Source: a virus (Duplodnaviria; Heunggongvirae; Uroviricota; Caudoviricetes). Taken from it: DNA of 31,263 bases. Shown here one piece after another: positions 18,728 through 28,740 of this stretch; within the stretch, counting starts at the first letter, position 1, and each line of letters starts with the position of its first letter. The translations under genes and the position numbers were made by a program. The notes beneath the pieces are model-generated. The model ran no database searches, had not been told where the DNA came from, and saw only the letters and a list, made by a program, of their open reading frames with translations. The stretch covers positions 1 through 31,263 of the IMG/VR virus record IMGVR_UViG_2654587588_000015, one strand, 5' to 3'.

Positions 18728-19180
18728 ATGGAATTCGAAATCAAAGGCGTGAAATATCGCGTGGCAAAACTCAGCGTTTTTGACCAGCTGAAAGTGACCC
18801 GCAAACTTCTGCCGGTACTGGCGGGAATGATGTCAGATTTCGGGAGCATTCGCTCCCGTTTGCCTGCTGACGGCAAAATCGACACCGTGAAATTCGAGCA
18901 GTTAAAACCGGTGTTTGAAACCATGCTCCCGCGTATCGCTGAGGAACTGTCTTCCCTGACCGAAGATGACACCGATGCGATTATTCATCCCTGTCTTGCG
19001 GTGGTGTCGCGGCGTCATATGGATGGATGGGTGCCGGTATTTACCCAGGGCGAACTGATGTTTGATGATATTGACTTGCTGGTCATGCTTCATCTGGTGG
19101 CGCGGGTGGTCGCCGATTCGCTGGGAAATTTTTTGCCTACACCCCTTACCAGCACGACACAGAGCCTGCAACAGGGCTGA
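18728..19180 (+). CDS. Tail assembly chaperone (zero-frame product)
   Basis: 150 aa ORF between tube and tape measure; contains T6 slippery run near its 3' end. Confidence 0.65.
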   Translation: MEFEIKGVKYRVAKLSVFDQLKVTRKLLPVLAGMMSDFGSIRSRLPADGKIDTVKFEQLKPVFETMLPRIAEELSSLTEDDTDAIIHPCLAVVSRRHMDGWVPVFTQGELMFDDIDLLVMLHLVARVVADSLGNFLPTPLTSTTQSLQQG

Positions 19181-19368
19181 CGTTTAACAGCCTGCCGGAC
19201 GGGCTGTCCTACCTTCTCAATCCGGTTGACGCCGGGTTAATTCCCTATACAGCACTTAAAGATGGCTCTGTCGATTTGTATGACATTGCTCTCTTGAATG
19301 ACCATCTGGCGGTAAAAGCGGATAACCAGCGGCGCATTGAGAAATGGAGAGAGGATAATGAACGCTGA
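19129..19368 (+). other. Candidate -1 programmed frameshift site (T_TTT_TTG) and 78-codon -1 frame extension of the chaperone
   Basis: -1 frame is open from 19075 to TGA 19366-19368; slippery heptamer at 19129-19135. Confidence 0.45.
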
Positions 19369-21343
19369 AACTATTAAAGATTTCCTCGTCTCGCTTGGCT
19401 TCAGTGTGGATGATGCAGGAGCGAAAAAGTTCGGTTCTGTCCTCGCCGGTACAACTGCAAATGTCATCAAAATGGGGCTGGCTGTTGAAGGAGCTGCGCT
19501 GTCCGTGGTGGCCTTCACGGCTAAGATCGCCTCCGGCCTGGATAATCTTTACTGGGCGTCACAGCGCACCGGCGCGACGGTCCAGGGAATTCAGTCTATT
19601 GGCTATGCGGTTTCGCAGGTTGGCGGCAGTGTGGACGCTGCGCGATCTTCTCTGGAAAGCCTCTCCCGGTTTATTCGTAACAATCCCGGAGCAGAAGGCT
19701 TTCTGAATCGCCTGGGCGTACAGACCCGTGATGCCAGCGGTAACATGCGTGACATGGCTGCTATCTTTACGGGCGTTGGACAGAAACTCAGCAGCATGCC
19801 GTATTACCGGGCTAACCAGTATGCGCAGATGCTGGGCATTGACGAAAATACCCTGATGGCTATGCGTCGCGGAGTGGGGCAGTTCAGCGCTCAGTATTCA
19901 GAAATGGTGAAAGCGATCGGATTTAATGCCGATCAGGCTGCCTTATCGTCAAACCGGTTTATGACCTCGCTGAAATCGCTCGGTGAAATGGCCGGGATGG
20001 CGCGGGACAAAATCGGATCGAATCTTGCGGACGGACTGGCGGGGCAGATTGATAACCTGCGCAAAAAGATAATTGAAAATTTTCCCAAAATTGAAGTCAC
20101 CATCACAAAGGTCATAAAGGGGATCCTCTGGCTGGGTGAGATAGTCGGGCGGGTAGCATTTCGGATAGTCGATGGTGTCGGAGATATCATCGAGTGGTGG
20201 GGGAAACTGGATGCCGAAACGAAAACCCTGATAGAGGTTATCGGCGGTCTGGTTGTCGCCATGCGGATACTTAACTCTACTTTCTGGATGTCACCTATAG
20301 GGCTGATTACCGGTCTGATCGTGGCTCTCGGTCTCTTGTGGGAAGACTACAAAACATGGAAAGAAGGCGGTAACAGTCTTATCGACTGGGAAAAATGGCA
20401 ACCGGCAATAGATAAAGCGAAGGATGCGATCACCTGGCTTCGTGATCACCTTCTGGAACTAAAAGATGGTGTTGGCGGCTGGCAAAATGCACTGGAAATC
20501 CTCGGTACATTCATCGCGGGTGTCTGGGTATCCAAGGTTCTGGGGGCTTTCGGGAAAATATCTGGTTTGCCGGTACCGCCATGGTTAAAAGGCTGGATGG
20601 CTTATGCTGCTTATTTGTACTCCGATCGCGAAAATATTGGTGCCAGTGCGAAGTCATCCTGGGATTACACGAAACAAAATATTGGAGATTCATTGCGCTG
20701 GCTTGGCATTGATACCGATTTTGGTCGTAATCCTCATACCGTAAAAGGCGCAAATATTCAGTCAGATATTCCAGGTGCTGAGCCGGAACAACATGCACAG
20801 GCTACGAAGCGAGGAGAACGGAATAACAATCCGGGAAACCTTAATTTTGCTGGTCAGGCGGGGGCTTCTCTTGAACGACCGGGCGGGCGATTTGCCAGAT
20901 TTGAAACTGCTTTTGATGGATTACGGGCTCTTGCTCGTCAGTTAATGCTGTACGCCGGACGGGGAATAAACAGTGTGGAGAAAATTATCTCTACCTGGGC
21001 ACCTGCGTCTGATAATAACAACACAACCGCGTATATCAGGGCTGTATCGCAACGACTGGGAGTGGATCCCCGGGCTGCCCTGAATATGAGCGATCCGCAA
21101 ACCATGTCAGCATTGATGAGCAGCATTATCCAGCATGAGAATGGAAGAAATATCTATTCTCGAGAGCTGATTAATAAGGCTGCCGTGGCGGGAATTAGTG
21201 GCAAAGTGACAGAGGTTAACCAGCAAAATACCTACCACATTTACGGTGGCGGAGATCCGCACGCTGTCGGTAATGAGGTTGCACGTCGGCAACAGTCTGC
21301 AAATGCTCAGGTCATGCGAAGTAATCAGGTGAGGGTGGGTTAG
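19358..21343 (+). CDS. Tail tape measure protein
   Basis: ATG 19358 with GGAGAGAGGA RBS; 662 aa with hydrophobic central segments; follows chaperone. Confidence 0.8.
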   Translation: MNAETIKDFLVSLGFSVDDAGAKKFGSVLAGTTANVIKMGLAVEGAALSVVAFTAKIASGLDNLYWASQRTGATVQGIQSIGYAVSQVGGSVDAARSSLESLSRFIRNNPGAEGFLNRLGVQTRDASGNMRDMAAIFTGVGQKLSSMPYYRANQYAQMLGIDENTLMAMRRGVGQFSAQYSEMVKAIGFNADQAALSSNRFMTSLKSLGEMAGMARDKIGSNLADGLAGQIDNLRKKIIENFPKIEVTITKVIKGILWLGEIVGRVAFRIVDGVGDIIEWWGKLDAETKTLIEVIGGLVVAMRILNSTFWMSPIGLITGLIVALGLLWEDYKTWKEGGNSLIDWEKWQPAIDKAKDAITWLRDHLLELKDGVGGWQNALEILGTFIAGVWVSKVLGAFGKISGLPVPPWLKGWMAYAAYLYSDRENIGASAKSSWDYTKQNIGDSLRWLGIDTDFGRNPHTVKGANIQSDIPGAEPEQHAQATKRGERNNNPGNLNFAGQAGASLERPGGRFARFETAFDGLRALARQLMLYAGRGINSVEKIISTWAPASDNNNTTAYIRAVSQRLGVDPRAALNMSDPQTMSALMSSIIQHENGRNIYSRELINKAAVAGISGKVTEVNQQNTYHIYGGGDPHAVGNEVARRQQSANAQVMRSNQVRVG

Positions 21344-21930
21344 TGGATATTCTCTCTACACTTTTTCATCAGCAGAGCAGAAAAATAGGAATGATTGTTC
21401 CCAGTGTTGTTATTTCAGAGAAGCATACAGATATGCTTGAAATAACAGAGCATCCGGTAGAGGTCGGGGCCGCTGTCGCTGATCATGCCTATAAAAAACC
21501 GTCAGAAGTGGTGATGGAGGTTGGTTTCGCCGGTGGCGGCGCATTGCTGGATTTTGCCAGTAACCTGACGGCTACCAGCCTGCTCGGCCTGAGTCCTCAG
21601 CAGACGTATCAGGAGCTACTGGATCTGCAGGAAAGCCGTATCCCCTTCGATGTGGTAACCGGTAAACGGCTGTACAGCAACATGTTGATCCGGGCGCTGG
21701 AAGTGACGACGGACAAGACAACCGAAAACGTCCTGTCCGCCGTCCTCACCCTGAGGGAGGTCATTATCTCCCGGACACAGCAGATTACCGTCGCGGATAA
21801 AACCAACATGAAGGAAGGGGCCAGCACGTCGGCGGTACAGAACAGCGGCAACAAAACCACAAAACCTCCAGATACTTCACTGCTGAAAAGCATCACGGGT
21901 AACGTGGCGTCATTACTGGGGGGCGGCTAA
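21343..21930 (+). CDS. Tail/baseplate protein (195 aa)
   Basis: GTG start overlapping the tape measure stop. Confidence 0.5.
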   Translation: MDILSTLFHQQSRKIGMIVPSVVISEKHTDMLEITEHPVEVGAAVADHAYKKPSEVVMEVGFAGGGALLDFASNLTATSLLGLSPQQTYQELLDLQESRIPFDVVTGKRLYSNMLIRALEVTTDKTTENVLSAVLTLREVIISRTQQITVADKTNMKEGASTSAVQNSGNKTTKPPDTSLLKSITGNVASLLGGG

Positions 21931-22232
21931 TGACAATTCAGGAAATTCCGCTGACAGCGGACAACCAGCAGTTCAGCATCGTCCTGGGTGGTGTCACCTG
22001 GCGGATTAGCATCATATGGCGCGATCTGTACTGGATTATGGACCTGCAGAACGACAGAGGGGAGCCGGTAATCTCCGGTATTCCTCTCGTCACTGGTGCG
22101 GACCTGCTGGCGCAGTACGCCTGTATGGGGCTTGGTTTTAAGCTGGTGGTGGTCTGTGATGACAACACACAGGATTACCCCACAAAAACTGACCTGGGCG
22201 GTCGCAGCCATTTACTGGTATCAACGGAGTAA
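21930..22232 (+). CDS. Tail/baseplate protein (100 aa)
   Basis: Coupled ORF in baseplate region. Confidence 0.5.
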   Translation: MTIQEIPLTADNQQFSIVLGGVTWRISIIWRDLYWIMDLQNDRGEPVISGIPLVTGADLLAQYACMGLGFKLVVVCDDNTQDYPTKTDLGGRSHLLVSTE

Positions 22233-22234
22233 GC

Positions 22235-23299
22235 ATGTCACAGAACTGGATGAGACATTTCGAGCTGCAGCTTGTGGACGGGAACGGTCAGGGAATTGAG
22301 CTAAGTGATTTTAAAGTCACCTTTACGATCGACTGGTTCAACATCAGCAGCGCGTCCCGGGTAGGGACTATCAAAATTTATAACCTCTCGGCAGATACTG
22401 TGAACCGAATCACCGGGCAGGAGTTTTCGAAAGTGCGTCTGATTGCCGGTTACGACGGTATCGCGCCGGAGGTGTCGGCAAGCGACGTCGGGACCGTGCG
22501 GGAAGTTGACGCGGCGGACGTGGGTCAGAGTGATGGCCGCAACTACGGACTGATTTTCAGCGGTGAAATTCGCTACTCGGTCACAGGAAAAGACAGTCCG
22601 GTTGATTCCTACGTCCTGATTCAGGCAGCAGATACTGATCTGGCTTTTGCCACCAGTATAACCTCACAGACGCTGGCTGCCGGTTACACGGTCGCTGATG
22701 TAAACCGTGCGCTGATGAAAGACTTCGAAGCCAAAGGCGCGACCGAAGGCCTGACGCCTGAAATGCCTGCTACTGTATTCCCCCGGGGGCGGGTACTCTT
22801 TGGCATGACGCGGCATCTAATGGATAACGTAGCCGGGCAATGTGGCGCAACATGGCAATTCGTGGACGGTCAGCGCCAGATGGTGGCGAATAACGAATAT
22901 GTTCATGAAGCGATTGTGCTCAACAGCGCTACCGGGCTTATTGGCATGCCGCAGCAGACTATCGGTAACGGCGTAAACGTCCGCGCGCTTATTAATCCGA
23001 ACATCCGGGTTAACGGACTCATTCAGCTGGATCAGGCTTCCGTGTATCGTACCGCCTTGTCGAACAACGATATTGCGATGGCTGGTGGTCAGATCACCGA
23101 CCAGAACACGGATGGAAATATCACGCTAAGCGGCACCACATCGCAGCCTGCCAGCATCGCAACGGATGGCGTTTATATTGTGCGCGGTATAATGTACACT
23201 GGCGACACAAGGGGCCAGGCGTGGTACATGGATATGATGTGCTTTGCTCGAGGTGCTAGTGATATTCCTAGCCAGTCAGCGATGAATCGAGGTGCATAA
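22235..23299 (+). CDS. Baseplate hub / late-control-D-like protein (354 aa)
   Basis: Position after tape measure and small tail genes. Confidence 0.55.
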   Translation: MSQNWMRHFELQLVDGNGQGIELSDFKVTFTIDWFNISSASRVGTIKIYNLSADTVNRITGQEFSKVRLIAGYDGIAPEVSASDVGTVREVDAADVGQSDGRNYGLIFSGEIRYSVTGKDSPVDSYVLIQAADTDLAFATSITSQTLAAGYTVADVNRALMKDFEAKGATEGLTPEMPATVFPRGRVLFGMTRHLMDNVAGQCGATWQFVDGQRQMVANNEYVHEAIVLNSATGLIGMPQQTIGNGVNVRALINPNIRVNGLIQLDQASVYRTALSNNDIAMAGGQITDQNTDGNITLSGTTSQPASIATDGVYIVRGIMYTGDTRGQAWYMDMMCFARGASDIPSQSAMNRGA

Positions 23300-23301
23300 T
23301 A

Positions 23302-24027
23302 GTGAGCAGGCTTGCGATAACCACAATCGTATTTTCTCTTTTTTTAACTTCATGTAGTTGGGATCCTAATGGTGCTAAAGCGCAGGAAAAATGGCTATCC
23401 CAAAAAAATGAAGAAAAACAAGCGTACGATAAGCAAGTTGAGGAGAGCCAGAAAAGCAGGCTTCAAATACAGCGCGAAGAAAAGTCTCAATTTGAAGTTT
23501 CACATCCAGAGGTTATCGTTGCTGGTGTTGGGAACGAGCTTAAAAGTAAGGGTGCAGAATCTTTGCGAGATGCGTACAACAGCATTCCATTCGTAACTCG
23601 TTATCCGGGAACCACGGACCCTAACAAAGTTTATACCTATGTCGGTGACTACAAATTAAATTTGCAACTGGTTAACACATCTGTGCTTTCTCAGATCTCA
23701 GATTGCAAACGCATTTCAGCGTATGCCGATGTTGATATTAATCGTACTTGCTTCAATCAAATTGGAAATGATTTGAGTTTGTTTGCATCTGTAATTAAAG
23801 ACAAAAATATTACTGGAATTGCCAAAAAAGCAGCTCTACGAGATTCAACTTACGGAACCAAAATTGATTTTGGTCATGCTGCGCGTTTAGCAAAAATGCA
23901 TGCCACTTTATGCCAAAAGCAGGGCGGTAAAGGATTTGTCAAAATGTCGACTGTAGCTGTGCCTTGCGGCTCTTCAGGCGATGTAATTAACTATCGAAGC
24001 GCCGGTAAGATGGGGCTTATAAACTGA
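23302..24027 (+). CDS. AT-rich lipoprotein (241 aa) inserted in the baseplate operon
   Basis: GTG 23302 with GAGGTG RBS; signal peptide plus lipobox LTSC; low GC versus flanks; own terminator downstream. Confidence 0.65.
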   Translation: MSRLAITTIVFSLFLTSCSWDPNGAKAQEKWLSQKNEEKQAYDKQVEESQKSRLQIQREEKSQFEVSHPEVIVAGVGNELKSKGAESLRDAYNSIPFVTRYPGTTDPNKVYTYVGDYKLNLQLVNTSVLSQISDCKRISAYADVDINRTCFNQIGNDLSLFASVIKDKNITGIAKKAALRDSTYGTKIDFGHAARLAKMHATLCQKQGGKGFVKMSTVAVPCGSSGDVINYRSAGKMGLIN

Positions 24028-24048
24028 AAAGATCAAATTAGTCACATA

Positions 24049-24074
24049 AAACCCGCCGGATGGCGGGTTTTTTG
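24049..24074 (+). terminator. Rho-independent terminator
   Basis: CCCGCC-GGAT-GGCGGG hairpin followed by T6. Confidence 0.65.
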
Positions 24075-24092
24075 CTTTCTGGAGCCTACTAA

Positions 24093-24845
24093 ATGGCAGT
24101 ATCTGACCAGACCCGCAGCGGCGACTTTGCCGAAACATTCAAATCTGAACGGGAAACAACAAAGAACCAGATCCGTGTCGCCTTGCCTGGCATTATTCAG
24201 TCATTCGATCCTGATGCGGTTACGGCAGTTGTGCAGCCTGCTATACGTTCGGTTGAAAAGGATAATGACGGCAACCGCATTACCCAAAATTACCCATTGC
24301 TGGTGGATGTGCCAGTGGTATTCCCGCGCGGCGGAGGCTGTACGTTGACTTTTCCGGTAAAAGCCAGGGATGAGTGTCTTGTCGTTTTTGCCGATCGTTG
24401 TATTGATTTCTGGTGGCAGAACGGCGGGATACAGGAGCCTGTTGATGACAGAATGCATGATTTATCGGATGCGTTTTGTATTGTCGGTCCCCAGTCGCAG
24501 GCGAGGAAGATTAGCGGTATTAATACCAGTGCCACACAGTTGCGTAGTGACGACGGCAGCACCTATTTTGAGCTTAATCCTGACACCAGGAAAATTAAAA
24601 TTGTCGCTCCGGGTGGTCTTGATGTGGTTGCCCCTCTGGCTGATTTTTCTGAGAAAGTAACCATTCATGGCCTGTTAACCTGGATGGGTGGCATGGTGGG
24701 GTCTGTTGTTTCTGGTGTGGCTTCAAAAATCACTGGTGCTGTTGAGTTCTTGGGGAGCGTTAAGGCTAACGGCAAGCCAATCGATGATACGCACACTCAT
24801 GGCGGTGTTCAGCGCGGTGGAAGCAATACCGATGGGGTAAACTGA
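24093..24845 (+). CDS. Baseplate central spike protein (Gp138-N / gpV-like)
   Basis: N-terminal region (PLLVDVPVVFPRGGG...DRCIDFWW...HDLSDA) matches recalled Gp138_N pattern. Confidence 0.7.
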   Translation: MAVSDQTRSGDFAETFKSERETTKNQIRVALPGIIQSFDPDAVTAVVQPAIRSVEKDNDGNRITQNYPLLVDVPVVFPRGGGCTLTFPVKARDECLVVFADRCIDFWWQNGGIQEPVDDRMHDLSDAFCIVGPQSQARKISGINTSATQLRSDDGSTYFELNPDTRKIKIVAPGGLDVVAPLADFSEKVTIHGLLTWMGGMVGSVVSGVASKITGAVEFLGSVKANGKPIDDTHTHGGVQRGGSNTDGVN

Positions 24846-25198
24846 TGCGATACAGACGTGAAGACGCCGATGGCGATTACACCTTTGGCAGCGGTGATGA
24901 CACCTGGCTGATTAACTCACCGGAGGCCGTGGCGCAGGCGGTAAAAACGCGATTCGAATTGTGGTATGGGCAATGGTTTCTCGACACCACCGAAGGGACT
25001 CCGTGGATCCAGTCCGTGCTCGGTAAGCAGAAGCCGGAAACCTACAACCTGGCGATCCGTAAGCGCATCCTCGAAACGCGGGGCGTTAAATCAATCCTCT
25101 CTTTCAATACGACAGTGGATACCACGACCCGACGTGTCATGTTTTCCGCTGAAATCGACACTCTTTATGGAATAACGACTGTTACATCGGAGGCGTAA
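24845..25198 (+). CDS. Baseplate wedge protein (GpW/gp25-like)
   Basis: 117 aa ORF between spike and baseplate J. Confidence 0.5.
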   Translation: MRYRREDADGDYTFGSGDDTWLINSPEAVAQAVKTRFELWYGQWFLDTTEGTPWIQSVLGKQKPETYNLAIRKRILETRGVKSILSFNTTVDTTTRRVMFSAEIDTLYGITTVTSEA

Positions 25199-26397
25199 TG
25201 GCTCTGAACCTTGATTCTCTCGGTTTATCTGCAAAGGTAACCGCGGAGGGGATCAGTGCGCCTGATTATCAGACGATACTCAGCACCCTGATTAGCTATT
25301 TTCAGCAGATTTATGGCAGTGATGCCTACCTCGAACCGGACAGCAAAGACGGCCAGATGGTGGCTCTGATGGCGCTGGCGATTCATGATGCCAATAATAT
25401 GGCGATAACTGTCTACAACTGTTTTTCACCGGCAACCGGCTATGGGGCTGCACTGACCAGTAACGTGAAAATAAATGGTATTTCACGTAAAGGCGCGACG
25501 AACTCTACGGTTGATTTGCTTCTTGCAGGAACTGCCGGAACAACCATCATTAATGGCAGCGTGAAAGACAGTAATAATGTGATATGGCGTTTGCCTGCTT
25601 CAGTAGTGGTCGGCGTGGATGGTACAGTGATGGCGACCGCAACATGTTCCGTCAGTGGTGCAGTGGCGGCGCTGGCTGGAACTATCACTGAAATTAATAC
25701 GCCAACCCGTGGCTGGGTTTCGGTAACTAATCCTGCTGCGGCTACTGTGGGCACTCCGGCAGAAACTGACGCGGAGTTACGTATCCGTCAGTCGCAAAGT
25801 ATTGCGTTGCCATCAATAACCCCATTTGAAGCACTGGATGGTGCTGTTTCTAATGTTACCGGTGTAACCCGCCACAAACTCTATGAAAACGATACTGGTT
25901 CGGAGGACGGTAACGGGTTACCGCCACACTCTGTTGCTGTAATTGTGGATGGCGGTGATGTGACGGATATTGCTCAGGCTGTCAGAGGGAATAAAGGCCA
26001 GGGGACAGCCACTCACGGTACAACATCCGTTACGGTTCCGGATAAATACGGCAATCCCCATGTAATCAAATTCTCGCGTTCCAGTGATGTACCTGTTTAT
26101 GCCCGGATTAAATTAAAAGTTTTTACGGGTTATACCTCACAAATAGGGCAGCAGATCCAGCAGGCTATTTCCGACTATATCAATAGTCTGATGATTGGTG
26201 ATTCGGTCCTTTTAAGTCGCATTTACTCACCGGCGAATCTTGGCGTGGTGAGTGGCGGGAATGCACGCTACTACGATATTCAGGAACTGACGATTGGGAA
26301 ATCCCCGGGGGCTTTGTCGTCATCAAACATTGATATCAGATACAACGAATCTGCGTCCTGTACCCCGGAAAATATCGTTATAACGGTGGAGTCATGA
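25198..26397 (+). CDS. Baseplate J-like protein
   Basis: 399 aa; position; family by recall. Confidence 0.7.
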   Translation: MALNLDSLGLSAKVTAEGISAPDYQTILSTLISYFQQIYGSDAYLEPDSKDGQMVALMALAIHDANNMAITVYNCFSPATGYGAALTSNVKINGISRKGATNSTVDLLLAGTAGTTIINGSVKDSNNVIWRLPASVVVGVDGTVMATATCSVSGAVAALAGTITEINTPTRGWVSVTNPAAATVGTPAETDAELRIRQSQSIALPSITPFEALDGAVSNVTGVTRHKLYENDTGSEDGNGLPPHSVAVIVDGGDVTDIAQAVRGNKGQGTATHGTTSVTVPDKYGNPHVIKFSRSSDVPVYARIKLKVFTGYTSQIGQQIQQAISDYINSLMIGDSVLLSRIYSPANLGVVSGGNARYYDIQELTIGKSPGALSSSNIDIRYNESASCTPENIVITVES

Positions 26398-27074
26398 GCA
26401 AATACACCGAACTAATCACGAACTACCACGCCACCAAACCTAAATTTCTTGCACATGTTGATCTGATGACCCGGCCGCTTATTGATGTTGCGGCGGCCAC
26501 CAGAGGGCTGATTACTGCATTTGATATTGACTCTGCGGTTGGTGTGCAACTTGACATTCTGGGATTGTGGATCGGACGTAGCCGTGTTGTCAGCCAGCCT
26601 ATCTCAGGTGTCTATTTCAGCTGGGATACCGACGGGCTTGGATATGATCAGGGGGTATGGCAGGGACCATACGATCCTGATTCCGGATACATGTACCTCA
26701 GCGATGAAACTTATCGTGTCATTCTTAAAGCGAAGATTGCGATTAATAACTGGGATGGACGGAATGATTCGCTTCCGGCAATTCTTGACGCGGCAACAGC
26801 AGGATCCGGGCTGCGAATGCAGATAGTCGATAACCAGGACATGACGATATCGGTCTGGGTCTTTCCTGATACTGATATTTCAGATGTATCGCGTGAGTTA
26901 ATTGCGGCAATTAAACAGGGGTATCTCACAGTAAAAGCCGCCGGGGTATGGGCGGGTGGCATTGAAACACCTTCGGTGGAAACCCCATCGGAAGGCTCAA
27001 AATTTTTTGGTTTTGATATGGATAACGAATTCATCAGTGGTTTTGATGTAGGAGCATGGGGAGTATTACTCTGA
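26394..27074 (+). CDS. Baseplate/tail protein, DUF2612 (e14 YmfQ-like)
   Basis: 226 aa ORF immediately upstream of the tail fibre gene. Confidence 0.55.
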   Translation: MSKYTELITNYHATKPKFLAHVDLMTRPLIDVAAATRGLITAFDIDSAVGVQLDILGLWIGRSRVVSQPISGVYFSWDTDGLGYDQGVWQGPYDPDSGYMYLSDETYRVILKAKIAINNWDGRNDSLPAILDAATAGSGLRMQIVDNQDMTISVWVFPDTDISDVSRELIAAIKQGYLTVKAAGVWAGGIETPSVETPSEGSKFFGFDMDNEFISGFDVGAWGVLL

Positions 27075-27721
27075 TGGCGAAAAATGACTTTAAAGCGTTT
27101 GCAACGGATCGAAATGCCAATGTTATATCGCAGGAGGAATGGGAAGCGTTGCCCGCGCTTTTATCCGGATTTACAGCAGGGAAAGCCTCCAGTGCGCAAG
27201 TCAATAAGGTTATTCGGCAGGCCAGCTTTATTGCTGCAGCTCTGGCCCAGTTTGTAAGTGATAAAACGCAACGGGATGTGCTTGATAATGGTGATCTGCC
27301 CGGTTTTGTTGAATTGCTGGGATCGGGGTTTGCTGTTGAATACCTGAGCCGCAAGAATCCGTTTGGCGATATCAAATCGGATGGCACTGTGCAAACGGCT
27401 CTCGAAAACCTTGGTTTAAGAGCAAGCGGGCAGTACACCGATAATTTGTTATTTACAGGTCCTGATGGTCTTAAGATTCAGGTGTTTCGCCGGACGCTCG
27501 CAAATTTGACTACTGTCGGTGTAGTAAATTCTGTGCCAGTGACTTTCCCTGTCCCGTTCCCTGTTAATTGCTGGGGCGTTTTTTCTACCAAATTAACATG
27601 GGTTCAGATAACTAACTCATGCGAGTGGGTAAGCAATACAGGATTTACCGCTCAGGTCATGATGAATATTGCTGTAAATACAAACACCTCAGACGCTATG
27701 TTTTTAGCTATAGGATATTAA
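27056..27721 (+). CDS. Tail fibre protein (constant N-terminal part plus currently expressed variable C-terminal part)
   Basis: Typical fibre N-terminus MAKNDFKAFATDRNANVISQEEWEA; crossover site lies inside the gene. Confidence 0.75.
   Translation: MGSITLMAKNDFKAFATDRNANVISQEEWEALPALLSGFTAGKASSAQVNKVIRQASFIAAALAQFVSDKTQRDVLDNGDLPGFVELLGSGFAVEYLSRKNPFGDIKSDGTVQTALENLGLRASGQYTDNLLFTGPDGLKIQVFRRTLANLTTVGVVNSVPVTFPVPFPVNCWGVFSTKLTWVQITNSCEWVSNTGFTAQVMMNIAVNTNTSDAMFLAIGY
27399..27424. repeat. Invertase crossover site (gix/pix-like), left boundary of invertible segment
   Basis: CTCTCGAAAACC-TT-GGTTTAAGAGCA; inverted copy of the site at 29232-29257. Confidence 0.55.
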
Positions 27722-27722
27722 T

Positions 27723-28163
27723 ATGAATCGTTTTGTGTTCAGTCCATCTGAGTCCCGTTTTTATGCCATCGAGTGGCAGGCTGATTATGTTGATAATAAT
27801 TGTTGGCCGCATGATGCCATTAACGTTAGTGACAGCATTTATTATGAGTTTTCCGGCGCTCCCCCTACAGGTAAGCAACTTATAACTTTAAATAACATGC
27901 CATCATGGGGTGATATTCCTCCACCTACACGAGAAGAATTAATTGTCGCTGCTGATGTGGAGAAGCAAAAAAGAATAGATTTAGCCAATGATTACATGAA
28001 CGGTAAGCAATGGCCTGGTAAAGCAGCTATTGGTCGTCTGAAAGGTGAGGAACTGGCACAATATAATTTGTGGCTGGATTATCTGGACGCACTGGAGCTG
28101 GTCGATACTTCCGGTGCGCCAGATATTGAATGGCCTACGCCTCCGGCAGTTCAGGCCAGATGA
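27723..28163 (+). CDS. Tail fibre assembly protein
   Basis: Tfa-like N-terminus; C-terminal motif LDYLDAL...DTSGAPDIEWP shared with the minus-strand paralogue. Confidence 0.8.
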   Translation: MNRFVFSPSESRFYAIEWQADYVDNNCWPHDAINVSDSIYYEFSGAPPTGKQLITLNNMPSWGDIPPPTREELIVAADVEKQKRIDLANDYMNGKQWPGKAAIGRLKGEELAQYNLWLDYLDALELVDTSGAPDIEWPTPPAVQAR

Positions 28164-28740
28164 CGTCCGGCGCTGTGCTGGTATCTGTTGCCGTCACCGC
28201 GTCAATGTAATCCAGCACAGCGTTAAGCCGGGTTGTTTCTGCCTGCGTCAGCTTCCGCCCGGCCTGTAATTTCAGTTGAATCAGACTAATGGAAGCCATT
28301 GCAGCATCAATCAGTGACTGACGCTGTGCTTCTGCCGCTTCGACTGCTGCGCTATGCTGTGCCTCAGTATCGGTCACCCATTTCTCACCATCCCATTTAT
28401 CGTATGGCGTTAATGGAGCGATAGTGGTTGTATTTTCAGGGTAATCACCCGGAGCTGTGATTTCTTTTGATTCTCCTGTTTCAGTGCTATAGACCGTTTC
28501 ACCGCGATGGTCTGGCACATATTCCCATGAGTTAAAATCTGCAGAACGGCAAATTGCATAACCAGCTTTATATGAGCCAGGAGCATCTAAACAGGAACAT
28601 GCCGGGATACCGACACCCACAGCAAGATATTCAGTTGATGTGGAAATATATTCCCGTGTCTCACCATCATAATTGTAAACGGTAATGTCTCCCGCCTTTG
28701 TGGTGATGAGTTCGCTATTTAATACAGCTTTATTCATCAT
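28135..28740 (-). CDS. Alternative tail fibre assembly protein (inverted orientation)
   Basis: C-terminal motif LDYIDAV...DTSTAPDVIWP; convergent with the plus-strand tfa. Confidence 0.8.
   Translation of the reverse strand: MMNKAVLNSELITTKAGDITVYNYDGETREYISTSTEYLAVGVGIPACSCLDAPGSYKAGYAICRSADFNSWEYVPDHRGETVYSTETGESKEITAPGDYPENTTTIAPLTPYDKWDGEKWVTDTEAQHSAAVEAAEAQRQSLIDAAMASISLIQLKLQAGRKLTQAETTRLNAVLDYIDAVTATDTSTAPDVIWPELPEA

Noticed and set aside
19395-21292. Alternative-frame ORFs inside the tape measure gene
   Set aside because: Fully nested within a long structural gene on either strand.
24127-24668. Cluster of short ORFs on both strands inside the spike gene
   Set aside because: Nested shadows of the 24093..24845 gene.
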